Assembly (NCBI RefSeq): GCF_035594765.1
Contig: NW_026943825.1
Coordinates: forward strand, 16,918,590 to 16,982,589
Origin: Anolis carolinensis
Taxonomy: Eukaryota
Direction: 5' to 3'
Length of the DNA stretch: 64,000 bases
Positions 43,401 to 56,896 of the stretch are shown piece after piece (position 1 is the stretch's first letter; each line of letters starts with the position of its first letter). The notes under the pieces were generated by a model. It searched no databases and was not told where the DNA came from. It was given only the letters and a program-made list of their open reading frames with translations. The translations under genes were made by a program, and so were the position numbers.

Positions 43401-44577
43401 ATGTTTAGCTTGGATAAGTGAGACTCTACTGTACTTTGTCTTCATAGCAAAGCAATTGGTAACTTTCCTGAGACTTTATTTTGGTAACAAAAGAAATTGG
43501 GAACTGTATTGGTACTTTGTTTTCATAGCAAAGCAATTAATAACTTTCTTGGTACTTTGTTTTCATAGCAAAGCAGTTGCTAACTTTCTTGGTATTTATT
43601 TTGGTATCATAAGCACTTGAGAACTATATTGGTACAGTAGAGTCTCACTTATCCAAGCTAAACGGGCCAGCAGAAGCTTGGATAAGCGAATATGTTGGAT
43701 AATAAGGAGAGATTAAGGAAAAGCCTTTTAAACATCAAATTAGGTTATGATTTTACAAATTAAGCACCAAAACATCATGTTATACAACAAATTTTATAGA
43801 AACAGTAGTTCAATACGCAGTAATGCTATGTAGTAATTACTGTATTTACAAAAACATGTGACTACAAAAATGCGTTGGATAATCCAGAACGTTGGATAAG
43901 CGAGTCTTGGATAAGTGAGACTCTACTGTACTTTATTTTCGTAGCAAAAGCAGTTGGTAACTGTACTGGTACTTTGTTTTTATAGCAAAGCAATTCATAA
44001 CTTTCTTAGTACTTTGTTTTCATAGCAAAGCAATTGGTAACTTTCCTGATACTTTATTTTGGTAGCAAAAGAAATTGGGAACTGTATTGGTACTTTGTTT
44101 TCATACCAAAGCAATTAGTAACTTTCTTGGTACTTTGTTTTCATAGCAAAGCAGTTGGTAACTTTCTTGGTATTTATTTTGGTATCATAAGCACTTGAGA
44201 ACTATATTGGTACTTGTTTTCGTAGCAATGTAGTTGAGAACTTTATTTCCAGTTCCTTTTGGTAGCAAAATGCAACCTCGCCCAGAGCATAATTGACAGG
44301 GCTGCAAGTCTGGTCCCAGTTGCAAGATTTATAAGAATCTTGTGTTTGAAATTTTGGGCCGTGCTGTTTGTTTCCTGTTCCCTGCTTGCATATCCTCATG
44401 GTCCCAGTGCATTCTTCTCATGCCTTTGTCATGTTATTTTACTATGTTTACACGTATAATTGTATTTCATTTGATATGTTTTTATTTTTTAACGACTGTA
44501 ACTACCTGGGCATGGCCCCATGTAAGCGGCCCCGAATCCCCTTGGGAAGATGGAGGCAGGGTATAAAAATAAAGTTG

Positions 44578-44612
<35 letters not shown>

Positions 44613-47600
44613 TTATTATGACACAGCAAACAAGATAGACATGCTGGATTTTGTATCACAAAATCACAAGTCGAACACTTCCCAAGTGTCTAGGACTGTG
44701 TGATGTATTTTCGGATGATGTGTGCAGATCCCAGCAGGGTGGCCTTTTGCAGTTGGCAGATGGTGATTTTGTCAATGTCTATTGTTTCCAAATGCCGGCT
44801 GAGATCATTTGGCACGGCACCCAGTGTGCCCATCACCACCGGGACCACCTGCACTGGTTTCTGCCAGAGTCTTTGAAGTTCAATCTTGAGGTCCTGAGAG
44901 CGGCTGAGTTTTTCCTGTTGTTTTTCGTCAGTGCGACTGTCACCTGGGATGGCGACATCCATGATCCAAACCTTTTTCTTTTCCACAACTGTGATGTCTG
45001 GTGTGTTGTGTTCCAGAACTTTGTCAGTCTGGATTCGGAAGTCCCACAGTATCTTTGCATGCTCTTTTTCCAATACTTTTGCAGGTTTGTGATCCCACCA
45101 GTTCTTTGCTGCTGGGAGGTGGTACCTGAGGCATAAGTTCCAATGAATCATTTGGGCCACATGGTTGTGCCTCTGTTTGTAGTCTGTCTGTGCGATTTTC
45201 TTACAGCAGCTGGGGATATGATCAATGGTTTCGTCGTTTTCCTTGCACAGTCTGCATTTTGGGTCATCAGCTGATTTTTCGATCTTGGCCTTAATTGCCT
45301 TTGTTCTGATGGCTTGCTCCTGGGCTGCAAGGATCAGGCCTTCTGTCTCCTTCTTCAGGGTCCCATTCGTGAGCCAGAGCCAGGTCTTCTCCTTATCAGC
45401 TTTTCCTTCAATTTTGTCAAGGAACTTTCCATGCAGTGTTTTGTTGTGCCAGCTGTCAGCTCTAGTTTGTAGTGTGGCTTTGTTGTACTGGTTTTTATTA
45501 TTATTATTATTCTGTTGGGAACCGGCCTTGACTCCCAACCTTTGTTGCCCTTGCTCCCAGGCCACAAGGGCGTCTTCAGCGGGGCCTCCGGGCTGCAGAT
45601 CGCCTACCTGAGCGGCACCGAGTCCACGCAAGAGCCAGCTCCGGCCCACGGCTTCAGCGCCCGCGACGTGGCCAACCTCCGGGCCTCCTTGCTCTCCGCT
45701 CCGGGCTTCAAAGGCGTGGACATCCTGCTGACCTCTCCCTGGCCCAAGGGCATCCAGGCCTTTGGAAACAGCACGCCGGTGAGGGTTCATCCCCAGGGCA
45801 ATATGCTGGGGCCATCAATGCTTCGGGGGCAAGCAGGCCAGCGGTCATCAGGAAGCTCCCTCGCTTGGATGTTTTCCCCAAGACAAGGCCTTTCTATGCC
45901 CCACAGTTCTGGCCGTTGGGTGAACCTTCTAAAGGGGCTCAAAGGGAAGCCTTGTTGTTGTGCTTTTCCTCGCAGGGCCCCGTCCAGAGCCAGGCGCCCG
46001 GCAGCTCCGAGCTGGTCTCCCTCTTGGCTGCCAGCCTCAAGCCCCGCTACCACTTTGCCGCCCTGCAGAAGCTCTATTACGAGAGGCTGCCGTACAGGTG
46101 CGTCGCAGGTCTGTTGGAGCATGGGATTGTATCGCTGCCCTCCGAGGCTTCCCTGCGCCCTTTGACGGAGCCCCATTGCCTCTTGCAGGAACCATGCCGT
46201 ACTCCAGGAAGCCGCCCAGCACGCCAGCCGGTTCATCGCCCTGGCAAACGTGGGCAACGCGGAGAAGAGCAAGGTGGGGGAGCCCCACTTTATCATTATT
46301 ATTATTAGGTTATTATATTATACTAGCTGTGCCCAGCCATGCGTTGCTGTGGCAAAGTGGTGATGGTATTGGTTAAAAGTTGTTGTGGAATTTTTATTTG
46401 ACGTTATTTGTATTTTTTTAATTAATTTTATTGTAACTTATCTTTTTTATTTATTATATTTTATTATTTTGTTGTATTATTTTTAATTATTTTGTTATAG
46501 TATTTTATTGTATTAATTTTTTAGTGTTTTTAATTATTTTTATTGTATTGTTTGTATTTACTTTATTTTTTATTCTTTTATTAACACTGGGCTGAGTGGG
46601 TTGCTAGGAGACCAAGTGGGCGGAGCTTAGCCTTCTAAGTGGCAGCAATTGGATAAAAACAATTATTGCTCTCCCTCTAAGTAGGACTTTATTTTTCTTC
46701 TCTTTTTGTTGTATCAACCTAGAGGCATGGATGATGGGTTGTGTTGTCAAATTTCGAGGTTGGGGGGCCTGTAGTTTTGTTGTTTTGTGGGTTGCCGTGA
46801 TGCCATCACTCATTTATATATATAGATTATTGTTAATATATTAAATGTAATATTACTAATAATATTACCATAAAATTATATAGTACAATATAGTAATTTA
46901 ATTGCTTATATTGTGCTATGCTAATAATATATTGTATGTACATTTGATTTGTCAGCCGCTCTGAATCCCCTTCGGGGTGAGAAGAGCGGCATATAAATGT
47001 AGTAAATAAATAAATAAATAGGTTTATTTATATCCTGCTTTATCTCTCCCAAAGGAGACTCAAAGCAGCTATGTATAGGATTTGTTGTTGTTGTTGTTAT
47101 ATTTATCCTCCACTTTTCCTCTTCACTAGGAGATCCAAAGTAGTTATGTATCTATTATTAGTATTATAATATATTTATTATTATATTCTATATCATATTA
47201 TATTATTATCATGTTTGTTTATACCCATCTTTTTCTCTCCATCCGGAGACTCAAAGCAGCTATGTATCTATTATTAGTATTAGAACATATTATTATATAT
47301 TATATTATTGTTATTGTGTTTGTTTATACCCCGCTTGATTTCCCCTGAAGGAGACCCATAGTGGCTATGTATCTATTATTAGTATTAGAACGTATGTTAT
47401 TATTAATATTATTATTATTATTGTTTTTATATCCTGCTTGATCTTCCCCAAAGGAGACCCAAAGTGGCTATGTATCTATTATTAGTATTAGCACATATTA
47501 TTATTATGTATAAAGAGTCCTGGTGGCAAAGTGCGTTAAAGCACTGAGCTGGAGACCGAAAGGTCCCAGGTTCAAACCCCATGAGCGGCCGCTGTTAGCT

Positions 47601-50600
47601 CCAGCTCCTGCCAACCTAGCAGTTTGAAAACATGCCAATGTGAGTAGATCAATAGGTACCGTTCCGTCGGGAAGGTAATGGCGCTCCATGCAGTCATGCC
47701 TATGGCCACATGACCTTGGAGGTGTCTACGGACAACGCCGGCTCTTTGGCTTAGAAATGGAGATGAGCACTGACCCCCAGAGTCAGACAGGACTGGACTT
47801 AACGTCAGGGGAAACCTTTACCTTTACCTATTATTATGTCTATTATATTATATTATATTATTATTATTGTGTTTATACCCTTCTTGATCTCCCCCGAAGG
47901 AGACTCACAGCGGCTATTCATCTATTATTAGTATGAGAACATATTGTTATTAATATTATATATTTTATTATTGCATTTATTTATATCTTGCTTGATCTCC
48001 CCCAAAGGAGACCCGAAACAGCTATGAATCTGTTATTAGTATTAGAATGTTTTATCTTTTTAACCAACTTGGGTGTAGCATTAGTTCTCTCCCAAATTAT
48101 TTGTTGTCCCTTTCCGCCAATGCACCCTCTCTCTCTCTCTCTGTCTCTGGCAGTACCTGTATGCCTTCAGCATCCTCCCCATGGCTTCCATGGACCCGGC
48201 GGAGTTGGTCAAGCAGCCCCAGGACGTCACCGAGAGCCCCTACCGGCAGCCCTGGGGCAGCAAGGGCAGCGCCTCCCACCTCCTGCCAGGCGCAAAGGTA
48301 TTTTGGGGACGGGAGGGAGGGAAGATAAGGGCCTCTTCTGCAGGCCAGTAGGCTGTTAGGAATTGTGGGAGTTGCAGTCCAAAACACCCGGAGGGCCGAA
48401 GTTTGCCTGAGCCTGCAGAAGAGGGCTGGATTATTTATTTATTTATTTATTTATTTGCTACATTTATATGCCGCCCTTCTCACCCTGAAGGGGACTCAGA
48501 GCGGCTTACAAATTAAATTTACATACAATATTATATTTGTATAGTACAATACTGGCAATAAATTACTATATTGTACTGTATCAATATATTGTAATATTAT
48601 TAGTAATATTACGTGTAAAATATAATATATAATTAATATTATTATATTGTATTATTAGTATTACAGTAGAGTCTTACTTATCCAAGCCTCGCTTATCCAA
48701 CATTCTGGATTATCCAACGCATTTTTGTAGTCAATGTTTTCAATATATCATGATATTTTGGTGCTAAATTCATAAATACAGTAATTACTACATAGCATTA
48801 CTGCGTATTGAACTACTTTTTCTGCCAAATTTATTGTCTAACATGATGTTTTGGTGCTTCATTTGTAAAATCATAACCTAATTTGAGGCTTTTCCTTAAT
48901 GTCTCCTTATTATCCAACATATTTGCTTATCCAACATTCTGCTGGCCTGTTTATGTTGCATAAGTGAGAGACTACTGTATATCGTATTACAATATAATAT
49001 TATGAATATTATATGTATATACAATATGCTATAATTATTATATATTATTGTAAATTATATTGTATATATAAATACATATACATAAACACACATACACACA
49101 CAAATATGTGTGTGTGTATATATACATATATATATACTAGCTGTGCCCGGCCACGCGTTGCTGTGGCAAAGTGGTGGTGGTATTGGTTAAAAATTGTTGT
49201 GTAATTTTTATTTCATGTTATTTGCATTTTTTAAATTAATTTTATTGTAAGTTATATTTTTATTATATTTTATTATTTTCTTGTAATGTTTTTAGTTATT
49301 TTCTGTTATTATAGTATTTTATTGTATTAATTTTTTAGTGTTTTTTATTATTTTTTTATTGGGTTGCTAGGAGACCAAGTTGGAGGAGCTTAGCCTTCTA
49401 ACTGGCAGCAATTGGATAAAAGCAATTATTCCTCTCCCTCTAATTAGGACTTGATTTTTCTTTTCTTTTTGTTGTATCAACCTAGAGGCGTGGATGATGG
49501 GTTGTGTTGTCAAATTTCGAGGTTGGGGGGCCTGTAGTTTTGTTGTTTTGTGGGTCGCCGTGATGCCATCACTCTTTTATATATATAGATATATATATAC
49601 ACACATACATACACATATATATAAAACTAGCATAGCATGTTATTGACCAGCCTCATTATAATTCTATCCTGAATGTTATTAGGCTCCTTTCATCAGGGTA
49701 TTTTAATCTAATGATTTTATCTTATATTGCTGCTATAGTCCCCCCCCTTTGAAGTTGACGGATTTGCATTGGTGGTTGTTTGATATTATTACTGTTATAT
49801 AAACCTTTGTTTTAACTTCTGTTTTATCATCTTCTTGTGTTTTAAACTGTGTATATTGTTTAATGTATTTGTGCTGTTACTTTTGTAACGTTGTGAGCCG
49901 CCCCGAGTCCCCACGGGGAGATGGTGGCGGGGTATAAATAAAGTTTTATTATTATTATTATTATTGCGGGGAGGGGCCTCCAGCTGCTGCAAAGGGACAA
50001 GATGGGACTCTCTTCATGGCTCCCTCTTAGCTCTGGCACCCGAGCATCAGTTGGCCTTTGGGGTCTCTCCCCACTCTCTGACCCGTCTTCTCTCTGCCCG
50101 GCTCTGCAGGGAGAAGACACTGAGCTGGCCTCCCAGTTCTTCTTCGACCTGAGCCGGAAGCCCAAGGGCCGGAAGCGGCCGGCGGAAGGAGAGGGGAGAG
50201 GGAAGCAGCAGCAGCCCCCGCGCAGCAGGCTTCCCCGTGAGTCCCAGAGGGAAAGGGCTGCCGGGTTTGCTCCGGGGATGCAAACAGAGGCCGGAGGGAG
50301 AGGGACGGTGGGGCTTCTTGCTTGTGGTGACGCTGCCCTTCCTCCCTTCCTTCCTTCCTTCCTTCCTTGCTTTCTTTCCCCGCAAAGCCCTCCCGCCGGC
50401 CGCCTGCTGGTTCTGCCTGGCCAGCCCCCAAGTGGAGAAGCACCTGGTCGTCAGCATCGGCTCCCAGGTGAGGCCGGGAACACCCCTCCCCGCCCCCGTG
50501 TTCCGTCAAAAAAATGGCGAAAGTTTAGTAAACTACAAAATAGTATAATAATAATATAATATAGTATAAATAATAATATAATAACACAACAGCAATAATA

Positions 50601-51479
50601 TAAAGTTATAATAGAACTCTGTTACATTATGATGTGTGTTCCCTGGTAATAATAATAATACTAATAATATAAATAATAATATAATATCGCAACAGCAATA
50701 ATAATATAGTTATAATAAAACTCTGTAATACTATGATTAAAGGAGCCCCGGTGGCGAAGTGTGTTAAAGCGCTGAGCTGCTGAACTTGCAGACCGAAAGG
50801 TCCCAGGTGCCAACCCGGGGAGCGGAATGAGCGCCTGCTGTTAGCTCCAGCTCCTGCCAGCCTAGCAGTTCGAAAACATGCCAATGTGGGTAGATCAATA
50901 AGTACTGCTCCGGCGGGAAGGTAATGGCGTTCCATGCAGTCATGCCGGCCACATGACCTTGGAGGTTTCTACGGACAACGCCGGCTCTTCGGCTTAGAAA
51001 TTGAGATGAGCAACAAACCCATAGTTGGATACAACTAGACTTAACGTCAGGGGAAACCTTTACCTTTAATGCTATGATGTGTGTTCCTTGGTAATAATGA
51101 TTATAATAATGATAATTATAATAATAATAATACAGCAATAATAATATAACATTATAATAGCACTCTAACACTATGATGTGTGTTCCTTGGTAATAAAAAT
51201 GATATACTAATAAAAATAACACAACAGCAGTAATAATATAAAGTTATAATAGCACACTGTAACACCATGATGTGTGTTCTTTGGTAATAATAATGATAAC
51301 ATAATAATAATCACAATAACAACACCTATTGATATACACACATTTGCATGTTTTCAAACGGTTAGGTTGGCAGGAACTAGGGCTAACAGTGGGAGCTCAC
51401 CCACTGATTCGAACTGCCAAACCTCAGGTCAAAAGTTCAGCAGCGCAAAGGTTTAACCCATTGCACCATTGCAGCCCTC

Positions 51480-51537
<58 letters not shown>

Positions 51538-54500
51538 AAAATTATAATATAGTAATATAATATAATAATATAATGCTATGTAATTATAATATAATACTAT
51601 ATAGTAGTAATATAATATAATATTTACATAATGTTAGGGTATTGGAAATAATCTCTTTAAATAATATTAAATGATGTTAAACTATGAATGTTGCAGCCCC
51701 GAGGAAGGGCTGCATCGTGGGCCGAATGGTTGGTGGTCTACCACCCTGCTTTGCCCCCTCAGTGCTACCTGGCGCTGGCCAAGGGGGCCCTGTGCGCGGA
51801 CCACGTCCTCATCCTGCCCGTTGGCCACTGCCAGTCGGTGGTGGAGCTGCCCGGTGACGTGGTGGAGGAGGTGGAGCAGTACAAGGCGGCCCTGCGCAGG
51901 TTCTTTGGGTCCCGGGGCAAGCGGTGCGTCGTCTACGAGAGGAACTTCCGCAGCCAGCACCTCCAGCTCCAGGTGAGGAAGGAAGGAGGGAGGGAGAGAG
52001 AGAGAGGATAACTTCATTGTCATTGCATGTGGTGCAAGGGATTGGAATGCCATCCCCAATATAAGTAGAATTACCCAAACAAAGCACCCGTCCTTCCACA
52101 TTCGAATCACTCTTGCATTGCCAATGTATTGGTGAATGGATGGATAGATAGACAGAGTCACAGGTGAAGAGAGAGAGAGAGAGATGGAGGCAGATCAATA
52201 CATAGATGATAGAGGAAGAGTAATAATAATAATAACAACTTTTATTTTTATACCCCGCCTCTATCTCCCCAAAGGGCGGCTTACATGGGGCCGAGCCCGA
52301 ATAAAAACAATAGCAGTATAAAACACAACAACTGACCCTTTTTACACAAAAAGCGCTGGCCATCCGCGAGAAGATGGAAGTGGACAGCTGTGATATTAAT
52401 GCCAATAATAAAATCCAAATTTAAAATTTACTATGGACAAGGCACTAGTTTTACTTACCCTTGCCCCCGCTTAAACCTTACCTTAAGGGAATAATTAATC
52501 TTAATTTTAATCTTTTTATTCTGTACAGTAGAGTCTCACTTATCCAACACTCGCTTATCCAACATTCTGGATTATCCAACGCATGTTTGTAGTCAGTGTT
52601 TTCAATACATCGTGATATTTTGGTGCTAAATTCGTAAATACAGTAATTACTACATAACATTACTGTGTATTGAACTACTTTTTCTGTCAAATTTGTTGTA
52701 TAACATGATTTTTGGTGCTTAATTTGTAAAATCATAACCTAATTTGATGTTTAATAGGCTTTTTCTTAATCCCTCCTTATTATCCAAGATATTTGCTTAT
52801 CCAAGGTTCTGCCGGCCCGTTTATGTTGGATAAGTGAGACTGTACTGTATGTGTGTGTGTGTATTGGGGATGGTCTGTCTCAAAGGCAAGCAGTTCGTTC
52901 CGATCCTGAAAACACTGCAGAGTCTTGGTCACAGTTAGCAGAGATGTTATAGCCCAACCTCTGACCGTTGTATCGTAGGTCACCAGCATGAATGGAGAGC
53001 TACTATATATATAAATTACCAGAACCCTACACCCCTCCTTGCACATTCTCCTCCCACATTGGGAGAGGGACAGCCTTCTGGTGATGGTTTTGGGGGTGTC
53101 TGTATGGCGGCTGCCCTGCCTTCCCGGCCAGGCGGAAGCAGTGCCTGGTTGGGCCACGGCTGCCACAGAGTGACCGGGAGGAAGGGCCGGAGGAGGGTCT
53201 GGGAGAGGAAGGGCCCTCCTCACGCCCACCCCCCTCCCACAAGATGACCCATAAGTTTAAGCCTGAAGCGAGGAGGCCGTTGCCTTTCTCTGTGATGAAG
53301 AGCTGTGCTGAGGGGCGCTCGGCCCCCGTGATGTGCCTCCCTCTCTGGGGGAACAAGGCCTGCCTCTGTCCTATATGTGCCCCCCTATTCACTCCCCAAA
53401 CCACGCCCCCCCTTCATCTCCCTCCAGGTGGTCCCGGTCCCCCAGCAGCGCTGCTCCGCCGAAGACATCAAGGAGGCCTTCCTGGCCCAGGCCGAGGAGC
53501 AGCGCATTGAGCTGATGGAGATCCCGGAGCATTCTGCTCTCAAGCAGGTGGGTCGCCTTGAAAGAGTAAACACACAGCCCCCCGCCAGGCAGGAACGCCA
53601 ATTCCGCCTCTCGCGGCCTCCTCCTCCACCTGCGCAATGGGACGGCCGGCCTCAGAGGCAAGCAGTTAGTTCCGATCCACAAAACACTGCAGAGTCTTGG
53701 TCAGAGTTGGCAGAGATTTATATCACAAGTTGCCCACCAGCTTGAGTAAACACACTTGAGCTCCGGCTTTCATCTAAACTCCTTTGGAGGTTTAGTCTGC
53801 ACAATGGGACAAGTGGTCTCGAAAGCAAACAGTTCAGATCCCCAAAACACTGCAGAGTCTTGGTCAGAGTTAGCAGAGATTTTATAGCCCATCCTCTGAC
53901 AGTTATATAGTAGCTTGCTGGTTTGAACAAGAACACTCGAGCTCTGGCTTTCATCTAAACTCTTGGAGATCTGAACCCTTTCTAACTCAAGGGGCAAGCC
54001 TTTTCCTTCCTTCTGGGGTGCGCTGGAGGCGATAGCCACCCACGAGACGCCCACGTCCTCCTCTCTTGGGCCTTGCAGATCGTGCAGCCGGGGACACCGT
54101 ACTTCTACGTGGAGCTGGACAGCGGAGAGAAGCTCCTCCATCGCATCAGGAAGAGCTTCCCCTTGCAGTTCGGGAGGTACGTCGTCGTCACTGCTGGGTG
54201 GCCATCTGTCAGGGGTGCTTTGATGGTGCTTGGACATTTCCTGAATGGCAGAATAAAGGATGGAGGGCCGCTGGGGTTTTCCACTGAAATATTGTTTTGT
54301 TTATGTTGCGAAGAGGCGATGTGTTTATATTTGCAAAGAGGCGATGTGTGAATTTGTGAAACCTGTGACAGGGAGGAATCCTTTTGATCTAACCACTTGC
54401 TTCCAATTGTAAACAGCCTTTCAAATATGGAGGGAAGATATGTTTGGAGTATATATATATCAGGAGGATTTGGAGGGTAAAGAAGGATAACAAAACTGAT

Positions 54501-56896
54501 GAACTTATATGAGGAAGTATGGTAACTTATATAGGAAAGTACGGTAACTGCCACCAACGTGAGGTAATGTCTTTTAAAGTATGTGATGAATAGTCAATGG
54601 TAATGGCTTTCCCTCAGGCTCAGAGTGAGGCAAGGAGACTGATCTTTATAAACAACAAAAATCAAGTTTATTTGTACATAAGTGTGTGGTTTCAATATAT
54701 AGATGTTTCAGGATCTTAGTTACAGTGCAGTCTTGTGTGAATGAATATTTCTTAAACAACTTCTTTCAGAATGTAATAGATTAAACTCCCGGTCAGCTTA
54801 TATCTTCAGCCTTTCCCTGAATGACACTAAGCTGCCGTCTGCCTGTGTAAACAAGCCTCAATCCTTACAGTCATAAACTTAACAGTATTTCANNNNNNNN
54901 NNNNNNNNNNNNNNNNNNNNNNNNNNNNNNNNNNNNNNNNNNNNNNNNNNNNNNNNNNNNNNNNNNNNNNNNNNNNNNNNNNNNNNNNNNNNNNNNNNNN
55001 NNNNNNNNNNNNNNNNNNNNNNNNNNNNNNNNNNNNNNNNNNNNNNNNNNNNNNNNNNNNNNNNNNNNNNNNNNNNNNNNNNNNNNNNNNNNNNNNNNNN
55101 NNNNNNNNNGGCGGTGCCCGGGTCATTTGAGAAAGGCACTGTTTGCCCGTGTTCCAAGTATAGCCTAGATCCAGTGTCATCTGGGTTCAGTGGGTGTGGG
55201 TGAACAACTTCTCCCATATGCAAGTCCATGGTCCATCCTCCTCCAAACAATGCCAGGATGTAGAGTAGGTCGTGTGTGCCAAGTTTGGTCCAAATCTGTC
55301 ATTCGTGTCAATTGCAGTGGTCTCAGGAAGTGAGTGAAGGCACTGTAAGTCCCATCATCCTAGGCATGTCCTTCCCCAATCTGCACCAAGACGTAAAGGG
55401 GGTTATTGGGGATCTGTTTGGTCCAGTTTCGTCACTCGTGGGCGTCACAGTGGTCTGTGGGAGTCAAAGCATTTGAAAGTACTGCAAATCCCATCATCCG
55501 TGGCCTATCCTCCCCCAAACGGCACCAGGCCGTAAAGTGGGTCATAGGGGGTATGAGTGTGAAGTTTGGCCCTGATCTGTCATTGGTTAGAGTAACGTGG
55601 TCTGTGGGAGCGGAAGTGTTTGAAACTACTACAAATCCCATCATCCATGGTCCCTCCTCCCCCAAATGGCACCAGGACATAAAGTGTGTCATGGGGGATA
55701 TGTGTGCCAAGTTTGGGCCTGGTAATGGTTTATTATTTACAGTATTTATTATTTATTTATTATTTATTTATTTATACTGTCCACAGTATTATTTACAGTA
55801 TTAATTTGTTCCTGGCGGTCACAGTGGCCTGTGAAAGTGCCAGCCAATCAAAAAACTGCCACATACACAGATACACCGCTGCACTGCCGCATACAAACAC
55901 TGACTTTTATTATATAGTATACTAGCTGTGCCCGGCCACGCGTTGCTGTGGCAAAGTGGTGGTGGTATTGGTTAAAAGTTGTTGTGTAATTTTTATTTGA
56001 CGTTATTTGCAATTTTTTTATTAATTTTATTGTAAGTTATATTTTTATTTATTATATTTTATTATTTTCTTGTATTATTTTTAGTTATTTTCTGTTATAG
56101 TATTTTATTGTATTAATTTTTAGTGTTTTTTATTATTTTTTATTGGGTTGCTAGGAGACCAAGTTGGAGAAGCTTAGCCTTCTAACTGGCATCAATTGGA
56201 AAAAAGCAATTATTCCTCTCCCTCTAATTAGGACTTTATTTTTCTTTTCTTTTTCTTGTATCAACCTAGAGGCGTGGATGATGGGTTGTGTCGTCAAATT
56301 TCGAGGTTGGGGGGCCTGTAGTTTTGTTGTTTTGTGAGTCACCGTGATGCCATCACTCTTTTATGTATATAGAAGATAGATATAGATACAGATAAGATAT
56401 AGACATGGAACTCCTGGTGGCACAGTGGGTTAAACCGCTGAGCTGCTGAACTTGCTGACCGAAAGGTTGGTGATTTGAATCGGGGTGAGCTCCCGCTATT
56501 AGCCCCAGCCTCTGCCAACCTAGTAGTTGGAAACCATGCAAATGTGAGTAGATCAATAGGTACCGCTTCTGCAAGAAGGTAACAGCGCTGCATGCAGTCA
56601 GTGGCCTTGGAGGTGTCTATGGACCGACCACGCTGCCGCCTCTTTGGCTGAGGAATGAGCACCAACCCCTGGACTTGGACACGACTGGACTTAATGTCAG
56701 GGCAAACCATTACCTGTCTGTGTATGTATATATGTAATGTCCTTTCTGCAGGGAGGTGCTGTGCAGTCCGGCGGTGCTGGACCTGCCTGGCCGGGCAGAC
56801 TGGAGGGCCTGCAAACTGGCGCCCGAGGAGGAAGCGGCCGCCGCTCAGGACTTCCGCCGGGCCTTCGAGCCTTTCGACTTGCCCCAAGAGGACTGA
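40452..56896 (+). CDS. CWF19L1: CWF19-like protein 1, complete, 14 exons, about 547 aa
   Basis: Exons 40452-40480, 40593-40677, 40758-40836, 42793-42894, 45561-45778, 45976-46097, 46189-46273, 48154-48297, 50110-50236, 50388-50467, 51763-51972, 53428-53547, 54079-54176, 56752-56896; total 1644 nt. Motifs [69 protein letters not shown] at 57071. Confidence 0.97.
41080..41379. mobile_element. Tc1/mariner-pogo-type MITE
   Basis: TIRs and TA target-site duplication. Confidence 0.8.
41428..41750 (+). mobile_element. Sauria SINE
   Basis: Full head, core and tail. Confidence 0.85.
41905..42444 (-). mobile_element. Non-autonomous Helitron
   Basis: a|CTAGctgtgcccggccacgcgttgc...tatatatatAGA|t. Confidence 0.85.
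42920..44270 (+). repeat. Degenerate minisatellite (about 38-bp unit) with two MITE insertions (43109-43431, 43635-43928)
   Basis: Unit tagcaaagcaattggtaactttcttggtactttgttttca; MITE TIRs with TA target-site duplication. Confidence 0.85.
44611..45495 (-). mobile_element. 5'-truncated Dong/R4-clade LINE with a restriction-like endonuclease domain
   Basis: Open frame with CRLC..ETIDH..SCC knuckle, RHN, and PD...D..K endonuclease motif; both ends in (TAA)n. Confidence 0.9.
46323..46826 (-). mobile_element. Non-autonomous Helitron
   Basis: CTAG and TC termini at an A|T site. Confidence 0.85.
47020..48050 (-). repeat. LINE-tail-derived degenerate tandem array with a Sauria SINE insertion (47516-47828, +)
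   Basis: Units tttatatcctgctt.atctccccaaaggagactcaaagcagctatgtatctattattagtatt; reverse complement of the 15420-15880 unit. Confidence 0.7.
48664..48977. mobile_element. Tc1/mariner-pogo-type MITE
   Basis: TIRs and TA target-site duplication. Confidence 0.8.
49137..49589 (-). mobile_element. Non-autonomous Helitron
   Basis: CTAG and TC termini. Confidence 0.85.
50741..51067 (+). mobile_element. Sauria SINE
   Basis: Full length with ACCTTT tail. Confidence 0.85.
52526..52847. mobile_element. Tc1/mariner-pogo-type MITE
   Basis: TIRs and TA target-site duplication. Confidence 0.8.
53103..53244 (+). ncRNA. SNORA12: Intronic box H/ACA snoRNA candidate, probable SNORA12 orthologue
   Basis: Hairpin 1 (TGGCGGC/GCTGCCA; CCCGGCCAGGC/GCCTGGTTGGG), hinge AGAGTGA, hairpin 2 (GGGAGG/CCTCCC; GAGGAGGGTCT/GGGCCCTCCTC), ACA at 53239-53241; about 140 nt. 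From recall, human SNORA12 is hosted in a CWF19L1 intron. Confidence 0.7.
54893..55109. other. Assembly gap
   Basis: Run of N. Confidence 1.
55110..55920 (-). mobile_element. Second Helitron-like family with internal repeats of about 120 bp
   Basis: Repeated ccaagtttggtcc..cccatcatcc units; end cactgacttttattatatag; the other terminus lies in the gap. Confidence 0.5.
55922..56373 (-). mobile_element. Non-autonomous Helitron
   Basis: CTAG and TC termini. Confidence 0.85.
56407..56715 (+). mobile_element. Sauria SINE
   Basis: Head, core and tail. Confidence 0.8.

Noticed and set aside
44690-45790. 366-aa ORF as a novel endonuclease gene
   Set aside because: Chance fusion of the antisense of CWF19L1 exon 5, a (TAA)n run and a truncated Dong/R4 LINE.
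51688-51718. Hairpin TGCAGCCC-cgaggaa-GGGCTGCA upstream of CWF19L1 exon 11
   Set aside because: A single short stem with no snoRNA boxes; insufficient support.
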